Assembly: GCA_001662655.1 (NCBI GenBank)
Contig: KV460232.1
DNA length: 64,000 bases
From: Pseudogymnoascus verrucosus
Lineage: Eukaryota
Reading direction: 5' to 3' (one strand)
Below, one piece after another: positions 49,581 to 61,475 of the stretch (its first letter is position 1; every line of letters begins with the position of its first letter). The notes under the pieces were generated by a model that ran no database searches, was not told the DNA's origin, and saw only the letters and a list, made by a program, of their open reading frames with translations. The position numbers and the translations under genes are program-made.

Positions 49581-50860
49581 CTAAATCTTTGCCTTGCCCT
49601 TTAATACCAGTCCTCCATTTTGGACTTCATATTGATTTGATCTGGACCACCCTAGCCACTCCTGTAGTACTTTCTCCCCTCCCTGGCTTGGCCTTAAATT
49701 GAATCCTGTCCATCCGTCTCCACGCACCCCTTCTCCTTGCCCTGTTGCCGGATCTCTCGTCGAGGGATTATCGCGCTTGATGGCCAAACCTGGCGTTCCT
49801 GTCAAAGTGACTGAAGGGCGCACATCTCCTTCTCTGCTCGGGTCGGTTTCCAGTTCATCGAGATCAAGAACAGGCGTTACACAGGCATCTGTGCCATCGA
49901 AAATGCCCTCCCACTCCGTCCTCGTCTTTTCTTTGAAGAGCCGTGTAAACAGTTCTCTCATTTCAGGCCATGTGGATCTATCATACCGAGTTTCCTCAAT
50001 ACCACTACTTTCAAGACCTAGCCCCTTGACAAGCTCATGGAAAAACTGGGGCTCCAAAGCCCCGACAGCCATGTATTTCCCATCCTTGGTCTCATAGGTA
50101 TCATAGAAAGGGGAGCCACTGTCAAGCATATTGTCTCCCCGCGGCCCATTCATCAACGGTGTCTTGCGGGCAAGCCTTGGGAAAGTGGCGAGGTATGCAC
50201 TTCCATCAACCATATTTGCTTCAACGACTTGTCCTTTGCCGGTCTTTTCGCGAGCCAACAACGCCAGTAACAGGCCTTGGAACAGCGTGGCACCTCCTCC
50301 AGCAAAATCACCCAAGATGTTGACGGGTCCAAACGGCTTTTCTCCTTTTCTGCCAAGGAGACTCAGCGCTCCGGAGACTGCAATGTAGTTGATATCATGG
50401 CCGGCCATGTCTTTATACTTTCCATCCCTGCGGAAACCGGTCATGCGACCTAGGATGATGCGTGGATTGACGGCCTTCAAATCACTGGGTCCCAGCCCCA
50501 GTTTCTCAAGAACACCAGGTCTGAATGGATCAATAACGATATCGGAATTTTTTACCAATGCCTTGACAAATTCAACTCCTGATGGATCTTTTAAGTCTAC
50601 TGCAATGGATGCTTTGTGACGGGTTAGCGCATCGGTGGTTGGCGGTGGCAGCTTGTCTGAGTGTGTAGAGCCAGGGACAGCTCGATCGATGCGGATAACT
50701 GAAGCGCCATTATCGGCTAATAAAAGCCCAGCGAAGGGGCCTTTTGATAGGTAAGTATCCTTGTTTATTCAATTATTAGAGGTGAATTCCGATGCTTACC
50801 TGGCGCAAGCCCAGCAAATTCTAGAACCCTAATACCAGCTAAAGGTGGTGATGCCGACAT
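49581..50860 (-). CDS. CoA-transferase family III / alpha-methylacyl-CoA racemase-like; complement(join(49581..50740,50800..50860))
   Basis: PPLAGIRVLEFAGLAP|GPFAG, DPFRPGVLEKLGLG, AGHDINY, GDFAGG, ANMVDG; C-terminal -AKI (PTS1-like). Confidence 0.9.
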
Positions 50861-51375
50861 GTTTCCGAATATTCAAATGTTAAAATATGCAGGTTCGGTG
50901 GTAGTATTATATGTCATCTACTAATGTTACACTTGTATTTTAATAAATAATTATGAGAATTACCCCGGATATAATAAAGTTCAAATAGCCTCGCCCACCT
51001 CCCCTTCCCCGCTTAATTGGGGTGCCGAGGCAGTGATTCGGGCCGTCGCCAGCCACAGCACAAGGCTAACGTTATCCTTTTGACTTGTGCGTTGAAGGCG
51101 GAACAACATGCGGTCGCTCTAGCCACAAAAGCTAGAAGTTATAAAAGGCAGCAACATAATACGAAGCGATCATAGCATATAAAATAAAATATACACATGT
51201 CATTAGATTTTAATGCGGGTTTACATCACTAGTGTTGGTCCAAAGTTGTCTGGCGACAGAGATCCCGTTGCCAGGTTTCTTAATTTTAGATATTCTTATT
51301 CTTGTTTATCATCTCAGGGCAAATTATGCCATAATTTAGTAAGAGGCCATGTGGCAACCTCACTAGCATGATGTT

Positions 51376-54300
51376 TCAATTCGTGAGGAGTCGTTTCTTA
51401 ACTTTTTCAAATCCTTGCACTGTCCTGTCCCAAGTCGAAGCTCTTTCTCTGGGCAGGACAGATTTGATAGTCATCTCAAACAAGGCCGATACAGGCCTAT
51501 GGTCTGATACCCGCACTTCATGGCGGCGGTAGTCGAACTGCTTGATGCGGTTCACGACATGACCATCGCGGTATAGAATCCTGTCGCACCAAGCCGGAGA
51601 CCTCTTCTTTTCGCTCGTATCGTACGTATCAGTCCCAACGTCATACTTGTATGTCGGGTTAAAGGCAATGGGCATCTCCTGGAAGGCTCGTAGTCTGAAG
51701 CCCGGATTTTTCCGCTTCGAGACGAGCAATTGATCTCTTTCGAGTAACTTAGCCAAGTTCCCGGCCTTGACCGCGTTGACGACAGCGTCCCGGCCCATGG
51801 TATCAATTCTATAGTTGAGATCCCCATTGATGATGCAGACCTCGTGGTCGAGAATCATGGATCCATCGCCACCACCAATATAGCTATCCAGGCGTGCACT
51901 CGAATCTCGCTCGACAGGAAGGACATTACTTTCTAGAATTGCAGATATATCGTGGTTGCGTAGTTTTGTATGTGCCTGGCCTGCAGCTAAATGGCAATTG
52001 ACAAAACACATCGAAGTGTCATCTACGACGAATCGAACTATCAGGGCACCCTATCGCGGATATCAGTCTCGTATAATTTCGGGGGGGAATTGTATGCCAC
52101 AAACCTTATTTCCGTGCAAGCCTCCCATTCCGCGCTTGACTTCGGAGGCGCTGAGATTCTTAATCCGGTCTCGTAGGTGAGATTTTACGAAGATACACGT
52201 GAACAACCCAACGAGCGTCGATGACTGTAGCAAATGATACAACTCATTCTTGGGCATGAAGTCATCCAGGCATCGGATCAGATAGTCTCTCCAATCTCTG
52301 TACTGATGCGACATACGCTCTTGGTCAGAGTGGGCATCTTTCTTTTTGGACTTAAAAAAGCTCACTTGAGACACATTAGTATAATAATGGGCTGTTTATT
52401 AACGATGATGGAACTTACTAGCAGTTGCTTTCTTGTCTTCTAGGTCAACCAACTCCTGAAAGCCGAAGATAAGAATGTCTGGCGACCCGCTCGAATTCAG
52501 TAAATTCCGAACGAAGCTAGCATCTTGGTCCGAATTACGTAGGCTGCTGGGAGTCGAGGCGCCGGCATTCCATGTCATGACGAGAGTGCGAATGTTTTGA
52601 AAGGTACAAAACTCCGCATCTCGTGCCCGCATTTCATTCTCTATTTGATAGTTAGTATCAATCAATTCGAATTTGTTCATGGAATGCCTACCAAGCCAGT
52701 CTTCCCGTAGCAACCCATCCCATTGCTTCAGCAAATTATCTGCACCGAGAGAAATAACTTGCAAGCGATCAAGTCTGCGTGATGAGTTCCTATCAGCAAG
52801 AATTCCAATGACGGGATTTTCATGTGCTCTCCAGTCCTTTTTCATAACCCAAGGGACTTGAGTGGTGTCGTAAACACAAATCAATCCCGTGTTGAAACCG
52901 GCCCACAAATGTTGGCCGACCCCAACTAAAGAGTTTATTTTGTACAAGCTAACGTTTATTATGTCAAGACATGTAAACCTGTCGCGAGAGTATATGGTGA
53001 CTTTCCCGTCTGTGTGTCCGAAATATACCCGATCAGGCTGACTGTTAATCGTTGCTCCAGAAACAATCTCGCCAGCGCTAGACTGGCATAGAGGTCGCTG
53101 AAGAAGCTGGAACGGTGCCCCTTCACTGGCAGTTGGATCGAAAACTCGAAGGTCTTTCCCTGTCGCATACCACAGTTCATTGCCAGCAACAAGGGAGAAT
53201 GTGTGGCCTTTAGGAACCCGGAAAGTTTGGGCTAAAGCGTCGAAACTTTGCGTGGCTGCCCTATTTGGGACCCAGATATGTAGCGTCCCAACGTCATCGA
53301 GAGTCCACATTTCGTCTTTGTGTCGATATATCTTAATAACCTCATGACGGCTATGTGCTGCACTTTTCGTCGCTACGACGCTCTGTGAAGCAATGTCAAC
53401 TTCGACCAAGTCGCCGACATTATTGCCTAGCCACAGACGTTGTCCTTCCTCTTCAGGGGCGGAGAATGCCTTGAAAGAAATCGACATTATCTTCACTGTT
53501 TCGCCGTGGTTGAGGTTCAACAGTTGATCGCCAGTTACCAAGTTCCAGGCTCTTGTGAAGGTACCTGATGAACAAGCGTACTCGCCAATAACATCAAATA
53601 TTCGTGCATCAAACTTTATCGGTATTTCTCTGACGGATTGGCTAATTATTGGTGGTCGGCGATTCGATCTAGAAGGGTCCGGATACTCGACACTGCTTGG
53701 AGATGTCTCTGCCGTCGGAGGTTGGGCTTGTGAAGATCTTGGAATCGACGCTTCTGGGGCTTCATATGTTGTTCGGGGAGCGTGTTGAGAATCAGTCAAT
53801 TTTCTCATGCCAGTCTGATCGACTGACATTGATCTTGGATATGATCTCGGCGGAGTGGGCGGGTGAGAACGAGACGCAGATATATTTCTCTCGGGCGTCC
53901 TTGATAGTGAAACACTGCGATCAACAATATGGGGATTTTGAGCGTAGGGTTGCAGGTCTTGCTGGTTGTTCGCGCGGGTATCGGGCATCACATTAGACAT
54001 GGATCGATTTATGAACGGTTTGCTTGGAGGAGGCCTTGGTCTTGCAGGAAGACTGGGTTTCTGCTCATCCGAACTCTCTACCGCTACTGACCTAGAAATG
54101 GGTTCAAACTCCCTTCTCTTCGCTGCCGCAAGGTTAATAGGCGCTGGAGAGTACAGTTCAGTGTCATGAACAAGTGGACGAGACGGTGCTGCTGGCGCGA
54201 CCATGAACGGGCGATTAGGGCTGACCCCCCGACTGGTTGGCATGCTGGCTGGAAACTCACGATACGCTGTAGGTTGTGTATCTACAGGTGTCATAGCCTC

Positions 54301-55031
54301 CCTATCAGTGGTCTGGCCATATACAGAGCTGCGCTTGGCTGGTATTTTGGGCTTCTCTAGGCGGTTGGGTATAGGCGCAGCGCGTGGAAGCGGTTTTGCT
54401 GGGGGTTCTCTTCGTAATTCACCAGACCTCCTAGGAGGTGGAGGCTCGGGGGGCTGTGAAGCTGGCGAGGGCGATAATAATGGTGGTTTTCGAGATTCCA
54501 CAAGCGGGGTCTGGGGCCTGCTTGGAATCCTAAAATGCCTCGGTGATGCGATACCTGGTGCCGAAGTCGCTATTGGTGTCTCCGGGGCCAAAGAACCCCG
54601 CGAACCCGGTATTGTCAAGCTGAGATTGCTCGATTTAGGTGGCGACTTCGGTGGCTCTATTGTGACAGCTGGCGAGTATTGGGAACCAAATCTCGGGCCA
54701 GTAGACACGGGTCTTTGGCGCCCAACTTCAGCTGCTGTTGGCTGAAGCCGTCCAGAGCCATTTTGCCAGTTATTGGGGGCGAGCTCTTGTGTGTGTAGCC
54801 CTGTAGGGGATGCAGGGCTGCTGCGGAGAGTTTGATGGGTTATTGGATTGGGCGACTGAGATCTCGACCGTATGCTGTTGCCAATCGGTGCGGGGGTGGT
54901 CAGTTGTTCGAAATGCGACAGCAACGAAGACACTGGTTTCTGTAATTTGGTTAGGATAGTGAGAATATAAATTATCAGAGAAGGCTTACAATGGATGAAG
55001 CATCCGTATTATCGGGGCCATTGCCGCTCAT
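51376..55031 (-). CDS. Inositol polyphosphate 5-phosphatase with Pro-rich N-terminus and beta-propeller-like region; complement(join(51376..52050,52105..52364,52419..52640,52692..54939,54990..55031))
   Basis: TWNAG, FGFQELVDL, GNK|GA, CFVNCHLAAG, GDLNYRI, PTYKYD, PAWCDRIL, SDHRPV. Introns traced in frame; the 3' end may be incomplete. Confidence 0.88.
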
Positions 55032-55753
55032 ATTTGCGTTTTATGTTTATTTCCACTCTTCTAGGGACCCCACGTAATGAGCCATGTAACAAGTCGAGCA
55101 CTTTTGAGATCCTGTCGACATTATCGTGCTGGTCCACTATCCATAGACTACAGATGCCCCTCAAAGCGCATTATTGTCGAAGAACACACTCGGCGAAGAG
55201 AAAGCTGGGATGTCGTTGTTGAATCACTCGCAACTGGCAGTAAGACCAGTATTTGTGGAGACTCTTTCGGATAAGACGCGGCGGTTTTCGCTGAAGTTAC
55301 AGGCGCAGTATCGTCGTCGACTCTACCTTGATCGCGTCTCAAATAGCAAAACCAAATTATCGTAATAACTAGACAAATACCCAGTGGCTTTTCTAGACGT
55401 CGGCGGGCCGTTTACCGGCTTGTGGATTTCTTGAGGTTGCTATTTCTGGGCAAGTTCCGCCACAAGTCGTCAACCTTGGAGGTTTACTTGGTTGGCAGGG
55501 TTCACGTAGCGCATTAATACCTTAAATGTGCGGAAGCCATACAGGAACCGAACATGTTGTGCATTAAAGCGAGCACTACGTAATCAGAGGGACAGTGCTG
55601 CCCCGGTCCCGGTCCATTGACGTCCGATTTTGAGCTCATCAACATAAACTCTCCACGATCTCCCGGCCACAACATCAAGCCGACAGCATCTTTTGTATTA
55701 CGACTTTTGAGAAATAGACTCCTGGAAAGTGACTACGTCTCGTATTCTTCACA

Positions 55754-56273
55754 ATGAACACTGTCAGTACATTCGCATCGCGCTCAGCTCACAAACAGGT
55801 TACTGATTTTCGTACAGGTTAAATCATTCTGGTATGGTTCCTACCTCCAATGGAGAAGGCAATGGGAATGCTGACAGTATCTGCATAACAGGGTAGGATG
55901 GGGCTCCTTGTGTGTTGGTAGGTGTACATCCATTCCAGAGACTGCGGTGTACTGACTGTAAAAAACAGCCGGCGGGGCAGCATATTATTTCGCAAAGAAG
56001 TCTATCAACGCAGACCGACAGACCCGATTCCAAGAAGCTGAGGCAAAGCGACGCCGTTTAGCATCGCTTGAGCACCCCGGATATGGCCAAGGCGGTGGTT
56101 CATCACAAAGCGGCAAAGGAGGTGGTTCGAACATGTCCCCAAGTCAAGAGGCAAGCTCAGACCCGGCTCCAACGCGGCATGATCCAGGGAGTGAGTCCCA
56201 ACGGGTGATTGAGAAGAGCAAATATGAAGCAAGCCAGCCATACCAAACGAAGAAAGGCGACAGGTTCAGTTGA
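55754..56273 (+). CDS. Small single-TM conserved fungal protein (117 aa, possibly DUF4748-like); join(55754..55762,55818..55831,55892..55917,55969..56273)
   Basis: Three canonical introns with CTGAY branch sites give MNTVKSFWVGWGSLCVAGGAAYYFAKKSINADRQ...EKSKYEASQPYQTKKGDRFS*. Absent from the ORF track. Confidence 0.8.
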
Positions 56274-56769
56274 GGTGTCACGGAAAGTAGGCTCTCAGGC
56301 CTGGGCTGACCCCGATAGTCTGTTCACACTGCACTTTGGGACAGAAACAGAATAGAAGATTAGAGAGATTACAGCCATGGTTGGATGGCAAACTTCTCGT
56401 ATACTGTACTATATTACCCTCCTCTCCGCTACAGACAGATGTATTATATGAAGTGGCTGTGTAGATCAGATTAGCCTCCTGACGTGCACCACATACACTT
56501 GACATTTGAACACCAGGCCGCAAAGATTTGACAGGAAAAACTATTTAAACTCCATTCTATACCATACAGTACCATCAGTGGATTTGTGTGGCGCCGTGTG
56601 AACTTTTCGTCTGCTCGATCCCATGGCGGCGGCTGGCACATGAAATTTGACGCCAAGAGACAAGGCTGACAACCCGAGAATCGTCGGACCAACTGGACGT
56701 CATTGTTGATGCCAACAACGGACAATTCGCAACGCGTCAAGACCAAACTTGGGAAGTAAACCCAGAAAT

Positions 56770-58377
56770 ATGGCGTCTCATCAAATAGCCATCGCGAAGG
56801 CTACATTTGCAGCAAGTTTATTGAGGCCAGACCCCGTACCGGTACCTCGCGATGATATAGCACAATTCCACACGCTCCTTGGCGTCGTGTCGACACAGTG
56901 CTCACCAACGAATATCCAGGTTTGGCAAAATGCTCCCAGATATAACTCCATACGATGGCTAAAAGACGATCGGTGATAGAGGTGCAAACGATGGCTTCTT
57001 TCCAATGTCATTCAGTCTACAACGCGAATTACAGCTCTCGCGAAATTTCTAGCCGCGCTCTCAGCCTCATTTTCAGACGCAGAGAGAAGTACGTTGGTGT
57101 CAGCTAAGAGGGAAACTTCAGCGAAAAGAAAGCGTCTACACATACTATACCTGATTAGCGATCTGATTTACCATACGAAGATCCGCGATAGAGACACCTC
57201 CGTTGCCGACAACTTCCTGCCTCTTCTCGCCAACCTTTTCTCCAGTGCCACCTCTTTCAAAAATAGCCCAAAGCATTTACGGAAAGTTGAGAATCTGCTT
57301 GACATATGGGCGGAGAAACACTACTACTCCGCAAATGATATAAATAAGATCCAGCAGGCAGTCGAGGCCGCCCAGCGATCGAATTCGACAACGAACGAAC
57401 CGGCAGACTCGGATTCTAGGGCGATATCTAATATCGCAACCAAGTCTGCCAAAGATGTCCCGTTTACGATGCCTGCCATGCATGGCGACCAAAACCTACC
57501 GTGGTATGATTTGCCAGCGGGGAATCTCATGCAGCATATTATACCCAATTCAACGAGGCCAATCGATCCGACCCTTGTCAAGCCTATGCGGTTCGTACCA
57601 GGGCAGGTGGATGAAGAACTCGTTGCCTCCGTGAAGGCGTTTTTAGAAGAAGTTGAGACTATATATGACCCAGTCGCCTGTCACGACGAAAACGAACCTC
57701 CAACGTGGGACGTGGACGAGGTTGGCCGGCGAATTTACAGAGACGATCTGGGCGACGTGGTTGCAGGCGACGAAGGCTATTATGGATGGTCAACTGCGCT
57801 CTGTGAGAAGATGAAGAAGAGGATGAACAAAACCAAATCAGATGGGCCTTCTGGAACGGAAAGGTCCAGAGCACTGAGTCGCAACTCCAGCAGGAGTCGA
57901 AGCTCAAGCCGAGACAGTCATCACGCCAAGAAACGGCGATATGCTGGTTCTCATGGAGGCAGTAGGAATAGGAGCAGGAGCAGTAGTAGAAGCCGGAGTC
58001 CAAGCCAAAGCAGGTTCCGAAGCAGAAACATCCCTTTCGAGGGTGCAAAGCCAGAGATTCCCACGCCACACTCTGCCGCACCTCCGTATCATCAACAACA
58101 TCAGCAACACTTCCCGCCGCCGCCGCCGCAGTCAACACCTCATCATGCTGATCACGGCCAACAATACAAACCGTGGCAACAACCTCCCCCTCCGCCACAG
58201 TTCCCAGACGCATCTCAATGGCAGCAGCAACAACCGACGCATGGCTACAAAGCCACTCCGGGGGGCTGGGCCCCTCAGTACCCTCCTCCTGGCAGAGATT
58301 CTGGTCAGCAACCGGGGGCACATGGTGGAACTGGTCATGGCCATAATAACAGTCATCCTGGATATAGAGGGTACTGA
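56770..58377 (+). CDS. CID-domain, RS/Pro-rich RNA-processing protein, CHERP-like; join(56770..56919,56980..58377)
   Basis: QCSPTNIQ|RCKRWLL, RLHILYLISDLIYH (CID), PWYDLPAG.LM, RS-rich tract, P/Q-rich tail. Confidence 0.78.
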
Positions 58378-59365
58378 TTGTACCATAATATTCAGATTAT
58401 CTTGCACTGCTTCCCAGTAGTTGAGATACCAGCAATAAATACCAGAAATTACCATGTGCCGGAGAGAGTTTGGAGCTAGCTCTACATCCCTCGTATTTAC
58501 CGTGTGCAGTGCATAGAGACGATGAGATCGTCACTGGGTGGGCATGGATGAGCTATTTCAACTTTTGAGAATATCAGACGGGCCCAACCTCGGTACTATA
58601 GTTTATATATGGCGGTGATTATATTACGGAATACATAAGCCTAATGTGATGTACGACAACTAAGATCACAGCAAACGAAAGGTACACAATAAGTCGTCTT
58701 CAATTCCGATTCCGAAGGGAAGGTGCCAAAAGATAAGATGATTATGCCATACTAGAGTATTCAGCGTCTAGCGTTTAGTGATAATCGTCTAACGGGTGCC
58801 ATTAACGCCCAATTAAAACTCCCGTCCACGCCCGTTATCAGCGTCCGGCTCAAAGCTGTTCCCCGCACCTAATCATGCACGACACATAATTAGCCTCTCT
58901 ACTTCGTAAAATTATTAGCTACTGTAACTCCAAGGTTCCCCAAAGTTAGTGGTTCATGGTAGCGCACAGAGATAAGCATCTGGACCCCGTAGATCCTTCC
59001 ATACTTTCTTTTGCCTTTCGGGTTCCAACTGACAACTGATAGACGCCGCTTCTCGTCTCCCCTGGGATATGTCTGCACAATAGCATGAAACGGGGTCGAT
59101 GAGCATCGCAACTCGTTCATATAACCCCATCTCATTGTTGTGTCATACCTAACGATAACAAATCAGGTGGATACATAAACATTCACCTAACATAGCTCAT
59201 AACTGGCGTTTAGCCTTTTGAAATAAAGCCCGTTGGAGTCATCTTTCAACGCTCAAATACACAGAAGCCGAAAGCCAAGGAAATCCAAATCCCAGACAAA
59301 GCCGCCAGTTTGCGGAGTTAGGAGGCCAGCATCTGTGTAAGGCCAAATTGGCAATTAAGGTCAAC

Positions 59366-60679
59366 ATGACCGCCCATATATCGTTCATTGTAAGCACATA
59401 ATCTACCTCTCGGCTGATTGCTGTTCACAACCCTGGTGTTGTTGGACCCTGAAAGATTGTTATCAAACCTCCAACGCCAACAAGCGGTCCCTGCGTGCAG
59501 GATTTGAGACATAATGCTAACTGGCATATACAGGATGGCAACTTTAGCCTGATTCATATCCCGCTGTCTCTCTATTCAAGCTTTCTGCAGCCAATACTGT
59601 GTGTCTTGCTACCTCATGATATCGTGGTACCAAAATCGGCAGAGGCACGGGACCACATGCCAGACCCGTCCCCAATTCATGGCAAGCAAGGATTCATCAA
59701 CATTAGCATTACGCCAATAGAATGTTCGATCGTGTGTCGAACAGACTATGCTGAGAGGGTCTTCCAGCCAGCGATCGAGCTTTTGCCAAAGGAAGCGCGT
59801 GAGCAGGTCACCATCTCTCGAGATCCCTATCTAGTTTTCTCCATCAGCAGCGCTGGGATGGAGGCCAGCCAGCGAGTGATGGACCTTACAGCACCTCTGG
59901 CCATGGCGGGGATCTCGATCTTCTTTATCACGACCTATTATACGGACTTCATTTTGGTGCCTGCCAAAGACCACAAAACCGTGGTCCAAGCCCTGTTGGA
60001 ACAGAAATTTGAATTCTCAGAGAGTGATGCTGCATATGTAGCTCCGTCTGGGATTTCACATTCCAGAGACACCAGCTCCGAGGCTGCGAAACCATCTACT
60101 CCACCACCATCGAGTGTTGTTGAACTTCAGGAACGCACTTTCAGGCTCTTAAGCCAAAGAAATGTTGTCCCGTTTACCAAGGACGGCCTATATCTCGCCC
60201 AGTGTTCGGGGAAGGAGCTCGATTCCAACAGCAACTACTCATCACGGCCTATTTCCAACGACAGCAATGATGCACCAGCTCATTCAACCTGGCTGCAAAA
60301 AGTGGAACCTAACCTATATCTAAGTCTTGTGGCTGCTTTGGCAATACAGCCGCGTTTTCTCTCTGTAACGCTGACCAAAGATGATGCACCATCGCTGCTC
60401 ATCGACAAGGCTTTACTCTACTTGTTTGGAAACTTCATTGCTGGGGATACAGACTGTGACTTGGTTCCGATATTTTTGGATCTTAGTAACCTCCCGTTAG
60501 AGTCGACGGGTATTGTCTGCGGTGTCGCTGGCAGACTGGTAGACCAGACGAGGAGCTTCGACACTGACGGGGGAGAGCTGACATATTTATCGACAGCCCG
60601 TGCTGGGGTAGTAATACTCCCTTCCGAAAGATCAGAGGCAGCTCTTACAGCATTGGTACCTCCATTAGAGGCCACATAA
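59366..60679 (+). CDS. CASTOR/GATS-like tandem ACT-domain protein; join(59366..59389,59534..60679)
   Basis: MTAHISFI|DGNFSLIHIPL, FINISITPIECSIVC, APLAMAGISIFFITTYYTDFILVP, TGIVCGVAGRL, YLSTARAG. Confidence 0.8.
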
Positions 60680-61475
60680 AAGAGCTTTGCCTGCCGAGAG
60701 AAGCTAAAAAGGAGCTCTTTCACTCATGGCACGAATCTCCAAAACTTTGTTGGCGTTGGTCATCTACCTGGAGTATATCATGTTTGGATATGAAAATTGA
60801 GAATTGGATATTTACAGATTACTTTACACATCTTACTGAGTACTGTCACCAGGACGAATCATTACGGTATCTCCGACAAGTTTACATCTATATAGTGGCA
60901 AAAAGTGTTGCGTGTTGGTATGCCTGTTAATAATACCTCCCCAGGGATCGTTGACGTCATCTACTTCCGGTGATACCACAACAAGCCCAAACATTTCCCT
61001 GATGGTCTAGATTTCGTGTCGTATCCCAAGAAATATATCTACATGATTGGTAACTGACAGTCTGGTTACATAGTCACAATTTCGTGTCTCCATGCCATGC
61101 CAAGTTTCTCGCAGATCGAGACACGATCTTGTATATCTTCCAATCACTATAGCTAGTTCCCATATAATATCCAATCACATCTACAAAGTCTAGACATAGT
61201 CTTGAGTTACCTACATCATCCCAGGTCTCACCTGATACTGCTCATACACTATTAATGAGCAGCACGTTGACTTGATAAGTGTCCCCGAACCCCCACAATC
61301 CAGGTCTTGATCTAAGACCCTTAACCAATTTTTCCATATAGTACCTATATATCCTACTCTTGACCGTCTTATCCTTCTTCTTCTTCTTCTGGAATCCTAG
61401 TTTTTGATCTAGCTATATTTCCTCACAGTACTGGACTTATCAATTCTGCACGAGACGTTCTCAAAAGTCGACAAC

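Noticed and set aside
59233..59260. TTG-initiated LESSFNAQI upstream of the CASTOR-like gene, resembling an N-terminus
   Set aside because: Out of frame with the ATG at 59366 and no splice path found; the ATG exon already gives a sensible start.
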